From Nitrospira sp. (GTDB taxonomy: Bacteria > Nitrospirota > Nitrospiria > Nitrospirales > Nitrospiraceae), in the NCBI GenBank assembly GCA_024331125.1, contig JANDJI010000001.1, forward strand, positions 1 through 32,000: a DNA stretch of 32,000 bases. The letters are read 5' to 3'. The notes beneath the pieces were generated by a model. That model made no database searches and had not been told where the DNA came from. It saw nothing but the letters and a program-made list of their open reading frames with translations. Each line of letters starts with the position of its first letter. The first letter of the stretch is position 1. Position numbers and translations under genes: made by a program. This document shows positions 8,152-17,521 of the stretch, in pieces.

Positions 8152-9201
8152 TTAGTTTTGCCGTTGAATCTGCTCAGCCGAAGGAATTTTGTATATCCAA
8201 TACCCGCCTTCTTTATGTATCAATTGCAACGCATCAAGATCCATTGGCCTAGAGTTGGAAAACGGCAACATTTTCGCTAACAGTACATTACTAGCCCCGC
8301 TTTCGCGGAGAAAATACGCACGCACTTGCTTCTCGGAGAGAGACTGAAGCGTATAGCTTGTGTAGTCGTTGTTCGTCAGCCAGGCCTTCACCTGTCCGCT
8401 GAGTCCATGTACATTTCCAGTCAAGGGAAAATCCTTGAACGCAACGTCTATGCGATCAGGGCGCATCAGCCCCAACTTATAAATATCGCTCACATGCACG
8501 ACCACGTATGCTTCTCGCGAACCAACCAGCTCGCGCAGCATTGCGGCACCTTGATGAGGGTAAGCCATGAGAGCTTCAATAAATCGGTTAAACTGTGCGC
8601 GTTCTTCCGAAGAAGCCTGCTTCCCCCAAAACCTCTGCTCGTACTGTTCAATCGTTTCAAATCGGTCTCTCCAGTACGACGGGGCGATAACGGGCGAACC
8701 AAGATAAGCGCTGAACAGTGTCGGTCGATCGGACAAAAGAGCCAATTTTCTTGAAGTGTCCCACCATGCGACGATGATGGCATCGTTCGGCACATGTTTG
8801 GCGATCGCCGATGATACGGCAATCGTTTCTGAAAGCCCCTCCTCCATGGACAAAATCGGCTCTGGAAACTTATTTTCCACATGTAAGAGGACAGGATCTG
8901 AGCCGGATCGGCTTGCGCGGTAGACAACAGCGAGCGGTTGATCGATTGCGTCTACTCGTACTTCAAGCTTACTGATTGTCAGATTCGGATAACTATCCAG
9001 TCCCAGGTTGGGGAATCTATCCGCAGCACCCTCCTCAACCGCACGATAATGATAGGGCGGTGGTTCTGGTTGAAACCACAAATAGACGAACCACCCTACT
9101 AAAAAAAGGCCTCCCGCCACTAGGAGAATTCCCAGCAACGGGAGGAACTTACTGGCTGAGCGAGCCTTAACAGGCTCGCTCAGCGTAGGTGTTGCAATCA
9201 A
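8152..9201 (-). CDS. haoB: HaoB-type membrane protein (HAO-associated)
   Basis: 349-aa ORF immediately after haoA. It has a single N-terminal TM helix ([25 protein letters not shown]) and a large extracytoplasmic domain. It has no haem motifs. Position and architecture match haoB of ammonia oxidisers. The start is TTG 9201, overlapping the haoA stop (TTGA); there is no ATG in the first third of the ORF. Confidence 0.75.
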   Translation of the reverse strand: MIATPTLSEPVKARSASKFLPLLGILLVAGGLFLVGWFVYLWFQPEPPPYHYRAVEEGAADRFPNLGLDSYPNLTISKLEVRVDAIDQPLAVVYRASRSGSDPVLLHVENKFPEPILSMEEGLSETIAVSSAIAKHVPNDAIIVAWWDTSRKLALLSDRPTLFSAYLGSPVIAPSYWRDRFETIEQYEQRFWGKQASSEERAQFNRFIEALMAYPHQGAAMLRELVGSREAYVVVHVSDIYKLGLMRPDRIDVAFKDFPLTGNVHGLSGQVKAWLTNNDYTSYTLQSLSEKQVRAYFLRESGASNVLLAKMLPFSNSRPMDLDALQLIHKEGGYWIYKIPSAEQIQRQN

Positions 9202-10913
9202 CGATCTTTCCTCTCTCGTCGACGCCAGCCGGCAATTGCCAACGTACCAGCCAACATCATGCCTCCGCCCAATCCCCCGATCGACAGCTTCCCGCCCGGA
9301 CCATCGAGATCCAGCAGAGAGTGCTTTCGCTCGTTTTCGAGCTTATCGACACGGGCCAGCAGCTTTTGCATTTCTTTAAGTCGAGTGTCATCGTCCATGA
9401 TTTCCACATAGGCCCGATTCATTGCAGCCCAACCAACCGTATAGGTATATCCCCAATACTGGTGAGCCAAACTGACGTGTAATTGGACCAGATGGTCCTC
9501 CGCCATTTCAAACAGCTTGAGCTCGTTAGCCGCAGGGTTATTCCCCTTTGACCAATAAATCTGGAAGAACTGTTCGAAGCCGTCCTTCACTGGAGGAGGC
9601 GGTGCCGGCCTGTTGGTTTTTTGTCCTGTCAGCAACCCGGCCTTGTACTGCTCTTCGACTACGTGATGAGCCTCATCGTACTTGTCGAGACCGGAGTACG
9701 TACCCTTGTCCATGAATTCCATCCAGGCGCGAGCATAACTTTCCGAGTGACAGTTCGTACAGGTCTTGACCCACGCATCGAGTCGCTTTTCGGACCAATC
9801 GGTCGAGATATTCTCTCGGATACCAGGAACGAACGGATAGTTTGCCCATCGAACCTTGCGCACCACATTGTGGGTTATCTTACCTTGATATTCCATGTGG
9901 CAGAATTGGCATGTCGGGGCACTCAACCCACCCTTGGCGATGGCTTCTTTGATGGGAATGTTGAAATTCCACTTATCTTTGTCTCTCTGATACTTCAATC
10001 CGTGCTTGGAGAGGGAGTAGGCCTCCCAGTTATTGTGGTCGGCCCCACTGTGACACTGCGCGCAATTCTCAGGCTTGCGCGATTCCGCCACCGAGAATTC
10101 ATGACGCGAGTGACAAGTATCGCACTTGTTCTGATTGACGTGACAACCGGTACAGCCATCAGCGATTTCCCTTTGAGGCATCCCAGCATAAACGTCTACC
10201 TCCACGTTGGCCTTATAATCCAAAGCATGCGAGGGACGTCCCTTCGGCCACTGATCTTTTGGCCATGTGATGGTATCGCGTTCCGACTCCCGTTCAGCAA
10301 ATTCCTGCAGATGGCAAGTGCCGCAGGTGTTCGCCGTCGCCAGCTTAATGTCCTTGCGATGATCGGCCTTGCCCTTGGCATTGACTTCAAAGTGACAATC
10401 AATGCACCCAACTTCTTTTAGCTGCTCCCCCTTGCCCAACTTGCCCATCGACCGAAGGTTTTCCTCGATCTGCTCAAGCTTCGCCTTCTTGTAATAGGTT
10501 TCATCCTTCGGCGTCAGTTTACGGATTTTATCGAGATTGGCATGCGTACTACGCTTCCACGCAGCCACCCATCCAGGTGATTCATCCGTATGGCATTTGA
10601 CGCACTGCTCACGGCTTGCGACTTCTTTGACAGCCTGAGGCGGCTTGTAGAATGTCGTGGGATCGAAATACTTGCTGAAAGTGACGGGCTCCCAGTACTG
10701 ACCGTAAATTCCCTTTCCGGCCCCTTGCTCAGGATCGAGGTACCTCTTCACCAGAGCCTCGTACAACTCCTTTGGAGAAGCCGAACGGTCGATCTTCAGT
10801 GCCTCATAAGTTTCCTTCGGCACCGTCGGGAAGTCCGCTTGCGCCGGTGCGGCCAGTAAAACACCGCAGACGAGCATAACAAACTTCTGCGCAAACTTGC
10901 TGCTCATCGTCAC
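9198..10913 (-). CDS. haoA: Hydroxylamine oxidoreductase (hydroxylamine dehydrogenase), octahaem cytochrome c
   Basis: 571 aa with a Sec signal peptide (..[10 protein letters not shown]). Eight CXXCH motifs: CVKCH, CIDCH, CGTCH, CTGCH, CDTCH, CAQCH, CQFCH, CTNCH. A Tyr-rich segment, [12 protein letters not shown], lies near the C-terminal third. There is a C-terminal hydrophobic anchor ([21 protein letters not shown]) followed by [13 protein letters not shown] lies 7 nt upstream of the ATG. Confidence 0.92.
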   Translation of the reverse strand: MTMSSKFAQKFVMLVCGVLLAAPAQADFPTVPKETYEALKIDRSASPKELYEALVKRYLDPEQGAGKGIYGQYWEPVTFSKYFDPTTFYKPPQAVKEVASREQCVKCHTDESPGWVAAWKRSTHANLDKIRKLTPKDETYYKKAKLEQIEENLRSMGKLGKGEQLKEVGCIDCHFEVNAKGKADHRKDIKLATANTCGTCHLQEFAERESERDTITWPKDQWPKGRPSHALDYKANVEVDVYAGMPQREIADGCTGCHVNQNKCDTCHSRHEFSVAESRKPENCAQCHSGADHNNWEAYSLSKHGLKYQRDKDKWNFNIPIKEAIAKGGLSAPTCQFCHMEYQGKITHNVVRKVRWANYPFVPGIRENISTDWSEKRLDAWVKTCTNCHSESYARAWMEFMDKGTYSGLDKYDEAHHVVEEQYKAGLLTGQKTNRPAPPPPVKDGFEQFFQIYWSKGNNPAANELKLFEMAEDHLVQLHVSLAHQYWGYTYTVGWAAMNRAYVEIMDDDTRLKEMQKLLARVDKLENERKHSLLDLDGPGGKLSIGGLGGGMMLAGTLAIAGWRRRERKDR

Positions 10914-10963
10914 GCTCCTTTTGTTGATAGTGGGTCACGCCCCACGTTTACTTCACGAATGCT

Positions 10964-10991
10964 GAAATATCTTTCAATTGAAAAAATTTTC
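10964..10991. promoter_or_regulatory. 28-bp imperfect palindrome centred on TTCAATTGAA in the putative haoA leader (possible operator)
   Basis: GAAATATCTTTCAATTGAAAAAATTTTC matches its own reverse complement at 22/28 positions. The core TTCAATTGAA (10973-10982) is perfect. It lies between the candidate -10 element and the haoA ATG. Confidence 0.3.
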
Positions 10992-11035
10992 AGACACAAC
11001 ACGCCGCGCACACCACGGTTCTTGAGCGCCGCGCT

Positions 11036-11065
11036 CATATATCTTAATGACTCGTCAATTGTCAA
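11036..11065 (-). promoter_or_regulatory. Candidate sigma70-type promoter for the hao-cyc operon
   Basis: On the minus strand: TTGACA (11065-11060), an 18-nt spacer, then TATATG (11041-11036). It sits in the AT-rich 233-bp gap between the ccmI stop and the haoA start. A second TTGAC hexamer lies immediately adjacent (cTTGACAATTGACg). This is sequence-pattern evidence only. Confidence 0.35.
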
Positions 11066-11146
11066 GAATATTTCGGATGTCACGAGAAACCGGCCTCCTG
11101 ATATTCGCGTGCATCTGTCTGTTAACGAAGATCCGGCAAGAGAACC

Positions 11147-12448
11147 TCACGGTCGCTGGCGATCGATTACAATCGTAATGCCTTCCGTTCCCGGTTTGAT
11201 CGGCTGGCTCATCCCTTCAAGGTCTCCGCTCCCAGGCATAGCCGTCCCAGATCGGGAAAGGCGCGCCACAATCACAACCGTCTCAAGGTCGGATAATTTG
11301 CGGGAGGGCATCGGGCTGGTCGAATCGTCCAGCCTAAAGGTAAACGGCAGATCCTTTTTCGTCGCGCGCACGATCGATACCGGCATCGGCGGGCCGTTCG
11401 GATCCTTTGCAAAGACGAACAATGTATCGGCTCCGGAAGACTTGGCTTCCATACCGGGCCCCAAAATCACCTTGCCGGTGATCGCATGCGATCCATCTCG
11501 TTTCTTGATCGGAGGATGATCGGCCGGAACCGATGACTGGGCGAGCGCGGCATTTGCCATCGCCATCAACGGAGCTCCGCCCATCCGCCGCTTCGCCTCG
11601 TTGATGCCGGCCATGAGTTGCTCGGTGGATTCCGGATCGGAATTCGGAGGGAGATTCGCGCGCGCGAGTTCCCAATCTTTGACGGCCGAGACAAAATCCT
11701 TCCGGTTAAAGGCCACGGTGCCCGAGAGCATCAACGCTTTCACGTTATTGGGGTCAAGCTGTAACGCCTTCTGAATCAGCGCCTCGGGCTTGCCTTCAAG
11801 TTTGCGTCCCTGATGAACCCCGAGCGCATCGGCATAATCCGCAAGCAGGCCCGCGTCGTTGGGACTCAGCGTCACGGCCCTTTCGAAAATGGGCACGGCC
11901 TCGGCATAACGATCCATCGCCATATAGGAGCGAGCCAAGAGGGTCCACCCCGTCACATCATCGGGATTCTGCTCCAGCTTCTGTTTCAGTCGTTCAATCA
12001 ATGTATTGAGCCCCTCCGCCATCAGACGATCATCTTCCACGTCACCTTGCGAAGCGGAGAACGCCCCGGCAGCCGGATGCGTCATGGCTACCGGATTGCC
12101 CAAGGACCAGTACAAGACCCCGCTTGCCATCGGAATAAGCACGACGAGCGCCAACGCAACGTATTTCACGTTCATCGGTTGGACCGCCGCCGCGCCTTTT
12201 TCTGTCACGCCCACCTCCTCCAACAGACGACGTTCCAATTCTTGGCGCGCCGTCATATATTGCTCCTCCGTCAGCAACCCGCTGGATTTGTCCTGCTCCA
12301 GTTCAGCGAATTGCTGTCGATAGACCGGCAGCGTCTTCTCCCGCTCCATGCCCGTTCCTCCAGCAGCCTGCTTTAAAAGCGGGCGCAGAAGAACTCCCAG
12401 AATGACCATAATCAGAGCCGTGGCGATCAATCCGAATGTGAGAGTCAT
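11147..12448 (-). CDS. ccmI: Cytochrome c-type biogenesis protein CcmI (CycH), TPR-containing
   Basis: 433 aa. It has an N-terminal TM helix, a second TM helix (YVALALVVLIPMASGVLYW), and TPR-like repeats (WTLLARSYMAMDRYAEAVPIFERAVTLSPND..). It is last in the ccm operon, and its ATG overlaps the ccmH stop (ATGA). Confidence 0.8.
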   Translation of the reverse strand: MTLTFGLIATALIMVILGVLLRPLLKQAAGGTGMEREKTLPVYRQQFAELEQDKSSGLLTEEQYMTARQELERRLLEEVGVTEKGAAAVQPMNVKYVALALVVLIPMASGVLYWSLGNPVAMTHPAAGAFSASQGDVEDDRLMAEGLNTLIERLKQKLEQNPDDVTGWTLLARSYMAMDRYAEAVPIFERAVTLSPNDAGLLADYADALGVHQGRKLEGKPEALIQKALQLDPNNVKALMLSGTVAFNRKDFVSAVKDWELARANLPPNSDPESTEQLMAGINEAKRRMGGAPLMAMANAALAQSSVPADHPPIKKRDGSHAITGKVILGPGMEAKSSGADTLFVFAKDPNGPPMPVSIVRATKKDLPFTFRLDDSTSPMPSRKLSDLETVVIVARLSRSGTAMPGSGDLEGMSQPIKPGTEGITIVIDRQRP

Positions 12449-12906
12449 GATTCTTTCACTCCTTGGGAGAGCAGCCGCTCCACGCGCCGATGCTCTTCAT
12501 CCGTAATGACCGCGTTCTCTACCATTCTTTGCCGACGCCTCAACGTCACTGCGAGCGCGATACCTCCTCCCACCAGCAACACGAAGGGCCCCGCCCATAA
12601 CAGGACGGTGGTGGTCTTGAGAGGAGGGCGATACAGGACAAAATCTCCGTACCGTGACACAAGAAAATCGACGATCTCCCGATCGCTCATATCCTTGACG
12701 ATCATCTCGCGGACTTCACGACGCAAATCCTCCGCCAGCGGCGCATTGGAATCGGCGAGGGTTTGATTCTGACAAACCAGGCAGCGAAGCTCTCCGGCCA
12801 ACTGTTTCAGACGCGCTTCAACGGCGGGATCGTCTCCCAGGGGCCTCGCTTCTCCGGCCCATGCCGACCCTGCGACAAGCAACAGCAGACAGAACAACCA
12901 GTTCAC
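12445..12906 (-). CDS. ccmH: Cytochrome c-type biogenesis protein CcmH (CycL)
   Basis: Signal peptide, the hallmark LRCLVCQNQTLADSNAPLA motif (LRC..CQ), and a C-terminal TM helix. The GTG start overlaps the ccmG stop (GTGA). Confidence 0.88.
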   Translation of the reverse strand: MNWLFCLLLLVAGSAWAGEARPLGDDPAVEARLKQLAGELRCLVCQNQTLADSNAPLAEDLRREVREMIVKDMSDREIVDFLVSRYGDFVLYRPPLKTTTVLLWAGPFVLLVGGGIALAVTLRRRQRMVENAVITDEEHRRVERLLSQGVKES

Positions 12907-13430
12907 TTCGCTTGCAGCTCCTGTATCAAGGGCAGGATTTTCTTGGTCACCGTTTCATCATCCAACGGTCCGATCTGTTTATAGCGGATGACGCCCTGCT
13001 TATCGATCACGTAGGTTTCCGGCACACCATAGACGCCATAGTCGATCCCGACCCGACCCGCCGCGTCGACGGCCACAACCTGATAGGGATTGCCCCACTG
13101 ATCCAACCATGCCAGAGCTTCATCCCTTTGATCCTTGTAATCCATTCCATAAATCGGCGCGATGCCGGATCGGGCGAAATCCATGAGGACCGGGTGCTCG
13201 GTCCTGCACCCACTACACCATGAGGCCCAGAAGTTAAGTAACCATACCTGGCCCTTCATATCGTCCAATGACAACGTCTTTCCGTCATCGTGCAGTTGGG
13301 GAAGCGAAAAAGCCGGCGCGGCCTTGCCGATCAACGGAGAAGGGATCTCCCGCGGATTCAACGTCAGTCCAACCGCGAGAAAACCCACCATGACTGCAAA
13401 GATCGTGAGGGGCAACAGAAAGCGACTCAT
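12903..13430 (-). CDS. ccmG: Thiol:disulfide oxidoreductase CcmG/DsbE
   Basis: N-terminal anchor, a thioredoxin fold with WASWCSGC (CXXC), and GVYGVPETYVIDKQGVIRYK. It lies between ccmF and ccmH. Confidence 0.88.
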   Translation of the reverse strand: MSRFLLPLTIFAVMVGFLAVGLTLNPREIPSPLIGKAAPAFSLPQLHDDGKTLSLDDMKGQVWLLNFWASWCSGCRTEHPVLMDFARSGIAPIYGMDYKDQRDEALAWLDQWGNPYQVVAVDAAGRVGIDYGVYGVPETYVIDKQGVIRYKQIGPLDDETVTKKILPLIQELQAK

Positions 13431-13435
13431 GCCAT

Positions 13436-15418
13436 TTACCGACCGGCCAGTTGTGCGTTCGCCGGCACCACTTGCGGTTCACGCCTCCAGGCGGGGCGGT
13501 AGCGCCGGTCGCTGACGGCCAACGCACCGCCCAAAGCCATAATCAAACATCCGCCCCAAATCCAATTCACGAACGGTTTATGATATAGCCGGACGCTCCA
13601 TGCTCCGTCCTCCAACGGCTCGCCCAAGGACACGTACAGATCCCGCACCACTCCGCTGTCGATTGCAGCTTCCGTCATCACCTGATTTTGAGCCGTATAT
13701 CGTCGTTTCTCCGGATACAGCAGGGCCGTTTCTCGACCATCGCGGCTCACATGGAACGTCCCGCGCACCGCCGTATAGTTGGGGCCTCTCACGTTCTGTA
13801 CGCCGTCGAACCGAAACGTGTATCCGCCGACGGTCGCGACGTCCCCCACGCCCATCCGAACGTCCTGTTCTGTCTCAAACCCCTTGACCATCGTGACCCC
13901 GACCACGAACACGGCGATCCCGCAATGGGCCAAGAGCATTCCCCAATAAGCTCGCGGCAATCTCGCAAGACGAGCACCGATGCCGCCTCCGATCAGATGG
14001 GCGAGTTGCTCACGCACCGATACGATGGCAGTCGCCACAATCCAGCATGCCAGGAGGAACCCTAAACTGAGCAACGGCGTCCATTCTCCCAGAACAATCG
14101 GCAAGCCCAATGCCGTCAACACACTGACGCCGGCGGCCCAGCGCACCCGTTTCGCCAAGTCAGGGATCTCGGCTTTTTTCCATTGAGCCAACGGGCCGAT
14201 ACCCATCAAAAAGAGCGCCGGCGTGATCAACGGAACGAAGACCGAATCGAAATAGGGCGGGCCGACGGAAATCTTCCCCAGGTCCAGCGCGTCAAGAAAC
14301 AGCGGATACAGCGTTCCCAACAGCACGGCCCCGGTTGCCGCAACCAAAAGCACGTTGTTGGCCAACAGGAAACCTTCCCTCGACACAGGAGCGAAGCCTC
14401 CGCCCAACCCCACCCGCGGAGCGCGCCAGGCGTACAACAGCAGAGATCCGCCGATCACGACGGCCAGGAACGACAAGATAAACAAGCCGCGCTTGGGATC
14501 CGTCGCGAACGCGTGGACGGACGTCAAGACACCGGAACGGACCAGGAAGGTTCCAAGCAAACTCAGCGAAAAGGCCATGATGGCGAGCAGCACCGTCCAC
14601 ACCTTGAATCCGCCTCGTTTATCGGTTACGGCGAGCGAATGGACCAGCGCGGTCCCTGCCAGCCATGGCATGAACGAAGCATTTTCGACCGGATCCCAAA
14701 ACCACCATCCGCCCCACCCCAATTCGTAATAGGCCCATCCGCTGCCCAGCGCGATCCCGATCGTCAGGAAACACCAGGCCACCGTCGTCCAGGGTCGTGA
14801 CCAGCGGGCCCATGCCGCGTCAAGGTTGCCGCCCAAGAGCGCGGCCAACGCGAAGGCGAACGCCACGGAGAACCCGACGTAGCCCATGTACAACATCGGG
14901 GGATGGAGCACCATGCCGGGATCCTGCAAGAGCGGATTCAAATCGCGCCCCTCGGCTGCGGCGGGGATGAGCCGCTCAAACGGATTGGACACACTCAACA
15001 TGAACAGAAGAAACCCCACGCTCACCAGCCCCATCACCCCGAGAATGCGCGAACGCATGGCCTCCGGCAAATGGGACGAGAACAACGTCACGGCAAACAT
15101 CCAAATCGTGAGAATGAACGTCCACAAGAGCAACGAGCCCTCATGCGCTCCCCAGATGGCCGCCAACCGATAATGGAGGGGCAACTGGGAATTGGACGTC
15201 GCCGCCACGTATAGCACAGAAAAATCCTTGTTCGCGAAGGCATAGGCCAGGCAGCCGAAGGCCGTGAGCACGAGGAAGAATTGGCAGCGCGCCGCCGGCA
15301 CCGCGAGGGCCATCAACCTGGAGTTGCCGACGGCCGCTCCATAGATGGGGAGAGTCCCCTGCACGAGCGCAACGCACAACGCAAGGATCAAGGCAAAGTG
15401 ACCGATTTCTGGAATCAT
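13436..15418 (-). CDS. ccmF: Cytochrome c haem lyase subunit CcmF
   Basis: 660-aa polytopic membrane protein with the WWD-type motif GWGGWWFWDPVENASFMPW. It lies in operon context after ccmE. Confidence 0.92.
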   Translation of the reverse strand: MIPEIGHFALILALCVALVQGTLPIYGAAVGNSRLMALAVPAARCQFFLVLTAFGCLAYAFANKDFSVLYVAATSNSQLPLHYRLAAIWGAHEGSLLLWTFILTIWMFAVTLFSSHLPEAMRSRILGVMGLVSVGFLLFMLSVSNPFERLIPAAAEGRDLNPLLQDPGMVLHPPMLYMGYVGFSVAFAFALAALLGGNLDAAWARWSRPWTTVAWCFLTIGIALGSGWAYYELGWGGWWFWDPVENASFMPWLAGTALVHSLAVTDKRGGFKVWTVLLAIMAFSLSLLGTFLVRSGVLTSVHAFATDPKRGLFILSFLAVVIGGSLLLYAWRAPRVGLGGGFAPVSREGFLLANNVLLVAATGAVLLGTLYPLFLDALDLGKISVGPPYFDSVFVPLITPALFLMGIGPLAQWKKAEIPDLAKRVRWAAGVSVLTALGLPIVLGEWTPLLSLGFLLACWIVATAIVSVREQLAHLIGGGIGARLARLPRAYWGMLLAHCGIAVFVVGVTMVKGFETEQDVRMGVGDVATVGGYTFRFDGVQNVRGPNYTAVRGTFHVSRDGRETALLYPEKRRYTAQNQVMTEAAIDSGVVRDLYVSLGEPLEDGAWSVRLYHKPFVNWIWGGCLIMALGGALAVSDRRYRPAWRREPQVVPANAQLAGR

Positions 15419-15430
15419 GGCGGGTATGTC

Positions 15431-15898
15431 CTATTGGGGTTGAACAATCAGCGTGTTGCTGCTCTGGGCGCCGGCGGCCTTGGCTTTGGCCAAAGCTTCG
15501 GCGGCCTCGGGCGGCATGTAATTTTCGTCGTGCTTCGCCAACACTTCACTGGCGACGAACGTCCCATCGGCATCAAGCTGTCCTTGGGCGACCGCCCCCT
15601 TCCCTTCCTTGAAAAGATCCGGCAGAATGCCTTTATAAACCACCGGCACGCGCTTGGCGGTGTCCGTCACCACGAAGCGGACGGTCAGGCCGTCGGCTTC
15701 GCGCTTGACACTTCCGTCTTCGACCATCCCGCCGATCCGAAAACTCCGCCCTTTCGGTACTTCGCCGTTGGCCACCTGCGTCGGCGTGAAAAAGAATACC
15801 AGATTGCTCTGAAACGCGTTCAACACCAGCGCCGTCGCCACTCCCAACACCAGCAAGCCCAACCCGACGAACGCAAACCGTTTTTGCCGAGGCGTCAT
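15431..15898 (-). CDS. ccmE: Haem chaperone CcmE
   Basis: [19 protein letters not shown] anchor, an OB-fold region, and the haem-binding motif [13 protein letters not shown] place the start at ATG 15898, overlapping the ccmD stop (ATGA). The track's 25-residue N-terminal extension is unlikely. Confidence 0.88.
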   Translation of the reverse strand: MTPRQKRFAFVGLGLLVLGVATALVLNAFQSNLVFFFTPTQVANGEVPKGRSFRIGGMVEDGSVKREADGLTVRFVVTDTAKRVPVVYKGILPDLFKEGKGAVAQGQLDADGTFVASEVLAKHDENYMPPEAAEALAKAKAAGAQSSNTLIVQPQ

Positions 15899-16065
15899 CC
15901 GATGTCCCTCACGATGCCCCGGCTTTCGGCGATCGCGGCGGCGCGCCGACGCCAGAGCGCGAGAATTTCCCACACCATGCAGAGCCCCGTGATGATGAAC
16001 GACGTCCAGACGTACAGACCATAGCCGCCCATCTCAAGAAATTCGCTCAGACTTCCCCAGTACAT
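15895..16065 (-). CDS. ccmD: Haem exporter small subunit CcmD
   Basis: 56 aa from ATG 16065, which overlaps the ccmC stop (TGATG): [41 protein letters not shown]. It has a single TM helix followed by a basic patch. Size and position between ccmC and ccmE are typical of CcmD. Confidence 0.75.
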   Translation of the reverse strand: MYWGSLSEFLEMGGYGLYVWTSFIITGLCMVWEILALWRRRAAAIAESRGIVRDIG

Positions 16066-16811
16066 CAGCGGACCCCCGCGACTTCCGGCACCGACGACGG
16101 TTTGCTCCACAACTGGAGACTTTCCCGCTCAAGGATCACGCAGCGAGCACGGCTTAGGATCACCGCCAGACTGTACATCCAGAAGCCGAACGTCATCAGC
16201 AACATGCCCGTCAGCATGATCGTCGCCATTTTCGGCGCCGCCGTCATACTGACCGACGCCCCTTGATGCAACGTGTTCCACCACTGGACTGAAAAATAGA
16301 TGATGGGAATGTTGACGACGCCGACCAACGCGCAGACCCCGCTCGCGCGATCGGCGCGACGCTGATCGTCGATCGACGTCCGCAACAGCATCACGCCGGC
16401 ATATTGAAACAGGAGAATCAATTCCGACGTCAGTCTGGCGTCCCACACCCACCAGGCTCCCCACGTCGGTTTCCCCCACATCGCCCCGGTCAACAGCGCA
16501 AGAAAGGTGAACATCGCGCCGGTCGGCGCGATGGCCTGCGTCATCATGAACGAGAGGCGCGCGTTGAGCCCCAAGCCCACGGCGGCCCACACCGCCATGA
16601 CGACATAGAGAAACATGGACATCCACGCGGCCGGCACGTGGACGAAAATGATCCGATAGGCTTCGCCCTGCTGAAAATCGGTCGGCGCGACAAGCAGCCC
16701 GATGTAGAGTCCCACGGCGATCGCCAGCGCCGCCACCGTCCCAAACCAAGGAATCATCCTCCCCGCCAGCGGATAGAACGCCAGCGGCGCCGAATACTTT
16801 GACCAATTCAC
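16065..16811 (-). CDS. ccmC: Haem exporter/handling protein CcmC
   Basis: Polytopic membrane protein with the tryptophan-rich motif WGKPTWGAWWVWDARL. I place the start at GTG 16811 (GGAAGGA upstream), 26 nt after the ccmB stop. The 479-aa track ORF owes its N-terminal 231 residues to an open frame overlapping ccmB. Confidence 0.88.
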   Translation of the reverse strand: MNWSKYSAPLAFYPLAGRMIPWFGTVAALAIAVGLYIGLLVAPTDFQQGEAYRIIFVHVPAAWMSMFLYVVMAVWAAVGLGLNARLSFMMTQAIAPTGAMFTFLALLTGAMWGKPTWGAWWVWDARLTSELILLFQYAGVMLLRTSIDDQRRADRASGVCALVGVVNIPIIYFSVQWWNTLHQGASVSMTAAPKMATIMLTGMLLMTFGFWMYSLAVILSRARCVILERESLQLWSKPSSVPEVAGVR

Positions 16812-16837
16812 CTTCTCAGAATCCTTCCGCTGTTTTC

Positions 16838-17521
16838 CTATTCGAGCGCGATGCGCAGCGCCGACGCCGTGGCCCAGGGCGCAAAAAACACCGATAAAAC
16901 GAGACAGGCTCCAAGCAACGAGAGGTTGGCCTCGCCGCCGATTCCGGCCATGCTGCTCGTGACGGCGCCGGCTCCGAAGATCAGCACCGGAACGTAAAGG
17001 GGAAGCACCAAGAGGGCGACCAACAGCCCGCTTCCGCGCACTCCAAGCACCAGCGCGGCACCAATGCTTCCAATCATACTCAACGTCGGCGTCCCAAGCA
17101 AGAGCGAGAGGACCAGCATGCCCAAGGCCTCGCCTTCCAAGCCGAATTGGAGGCCGAGCAGCGGCGACAGCAGCACTACGGGCAACCCGGACACCACCCA
17201 GTGCGCAAAAACCTTCCCCGCCACCAGAACGGGCAACGGCTGAGCGATCAACAGCATTTGCTCCAGCACCCCGTCGAGATAATCGGCCGTAAACACCCTT
17301 CCGAGCGACAGAAGGCAGGCCAAGAGCGCCGCCACCCAGAGCACCCCGGCGGCAATGGTCCTCAACACCGCCGGCTCCGGTCCCACTCCCAAGGGAAACA
17401 GACTCGCCACAATGACCAAGAACAACACCGAAATCGCCACGTCGGATCGACGGCGGATCGCCAGCAGGAGATCCCGCCAGATAATCCCGCGCAATGTCTC
17501 CCACAAACCCGGCTGACTCAT
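16838..17521 (-). CDS. ccmB: Haem exporter permease CcmB
   Basis: 227-aa six-helix membrane protein (WRDLLLAIRRRSDV.., FPLGVGPEP..). Its ATG overlaps the ccmA stop (ATGA), and it lies between ccmA and ccmC. Confidence 0.88.
   Translation of the reverse strand: MSQPGLWETLRGIIWRDLLLAIRRRSDVAISVLFLVIVASLFPLGVGPEPAVLRTIAAGVLWVAALLACLLSLGRVFTADYLDGVLEQMLLIAQPLPVLVAGKVFAHWVVSGLPVVLLSPLLGLQFGLEGEALGMLVLSLLLGTPTLSMIGSIGAALVLGVRGSGLLVALLVLPLYVPVLIFGAGAVTSSMAGIGGEANLSLLGACLVLSVFFAPWATASALRIALE

Noticed and set aside
16812-17504. N-terminal 231 residues of the 479-aa ORF containing ccmC.
   Set aside because: This part overlaps ccmB in another frame and is Gly/Arg/Ala-rich with no CcmC similarity. A GTG with a ribosome-binding site at 16811 gives a normal-length CcmC.
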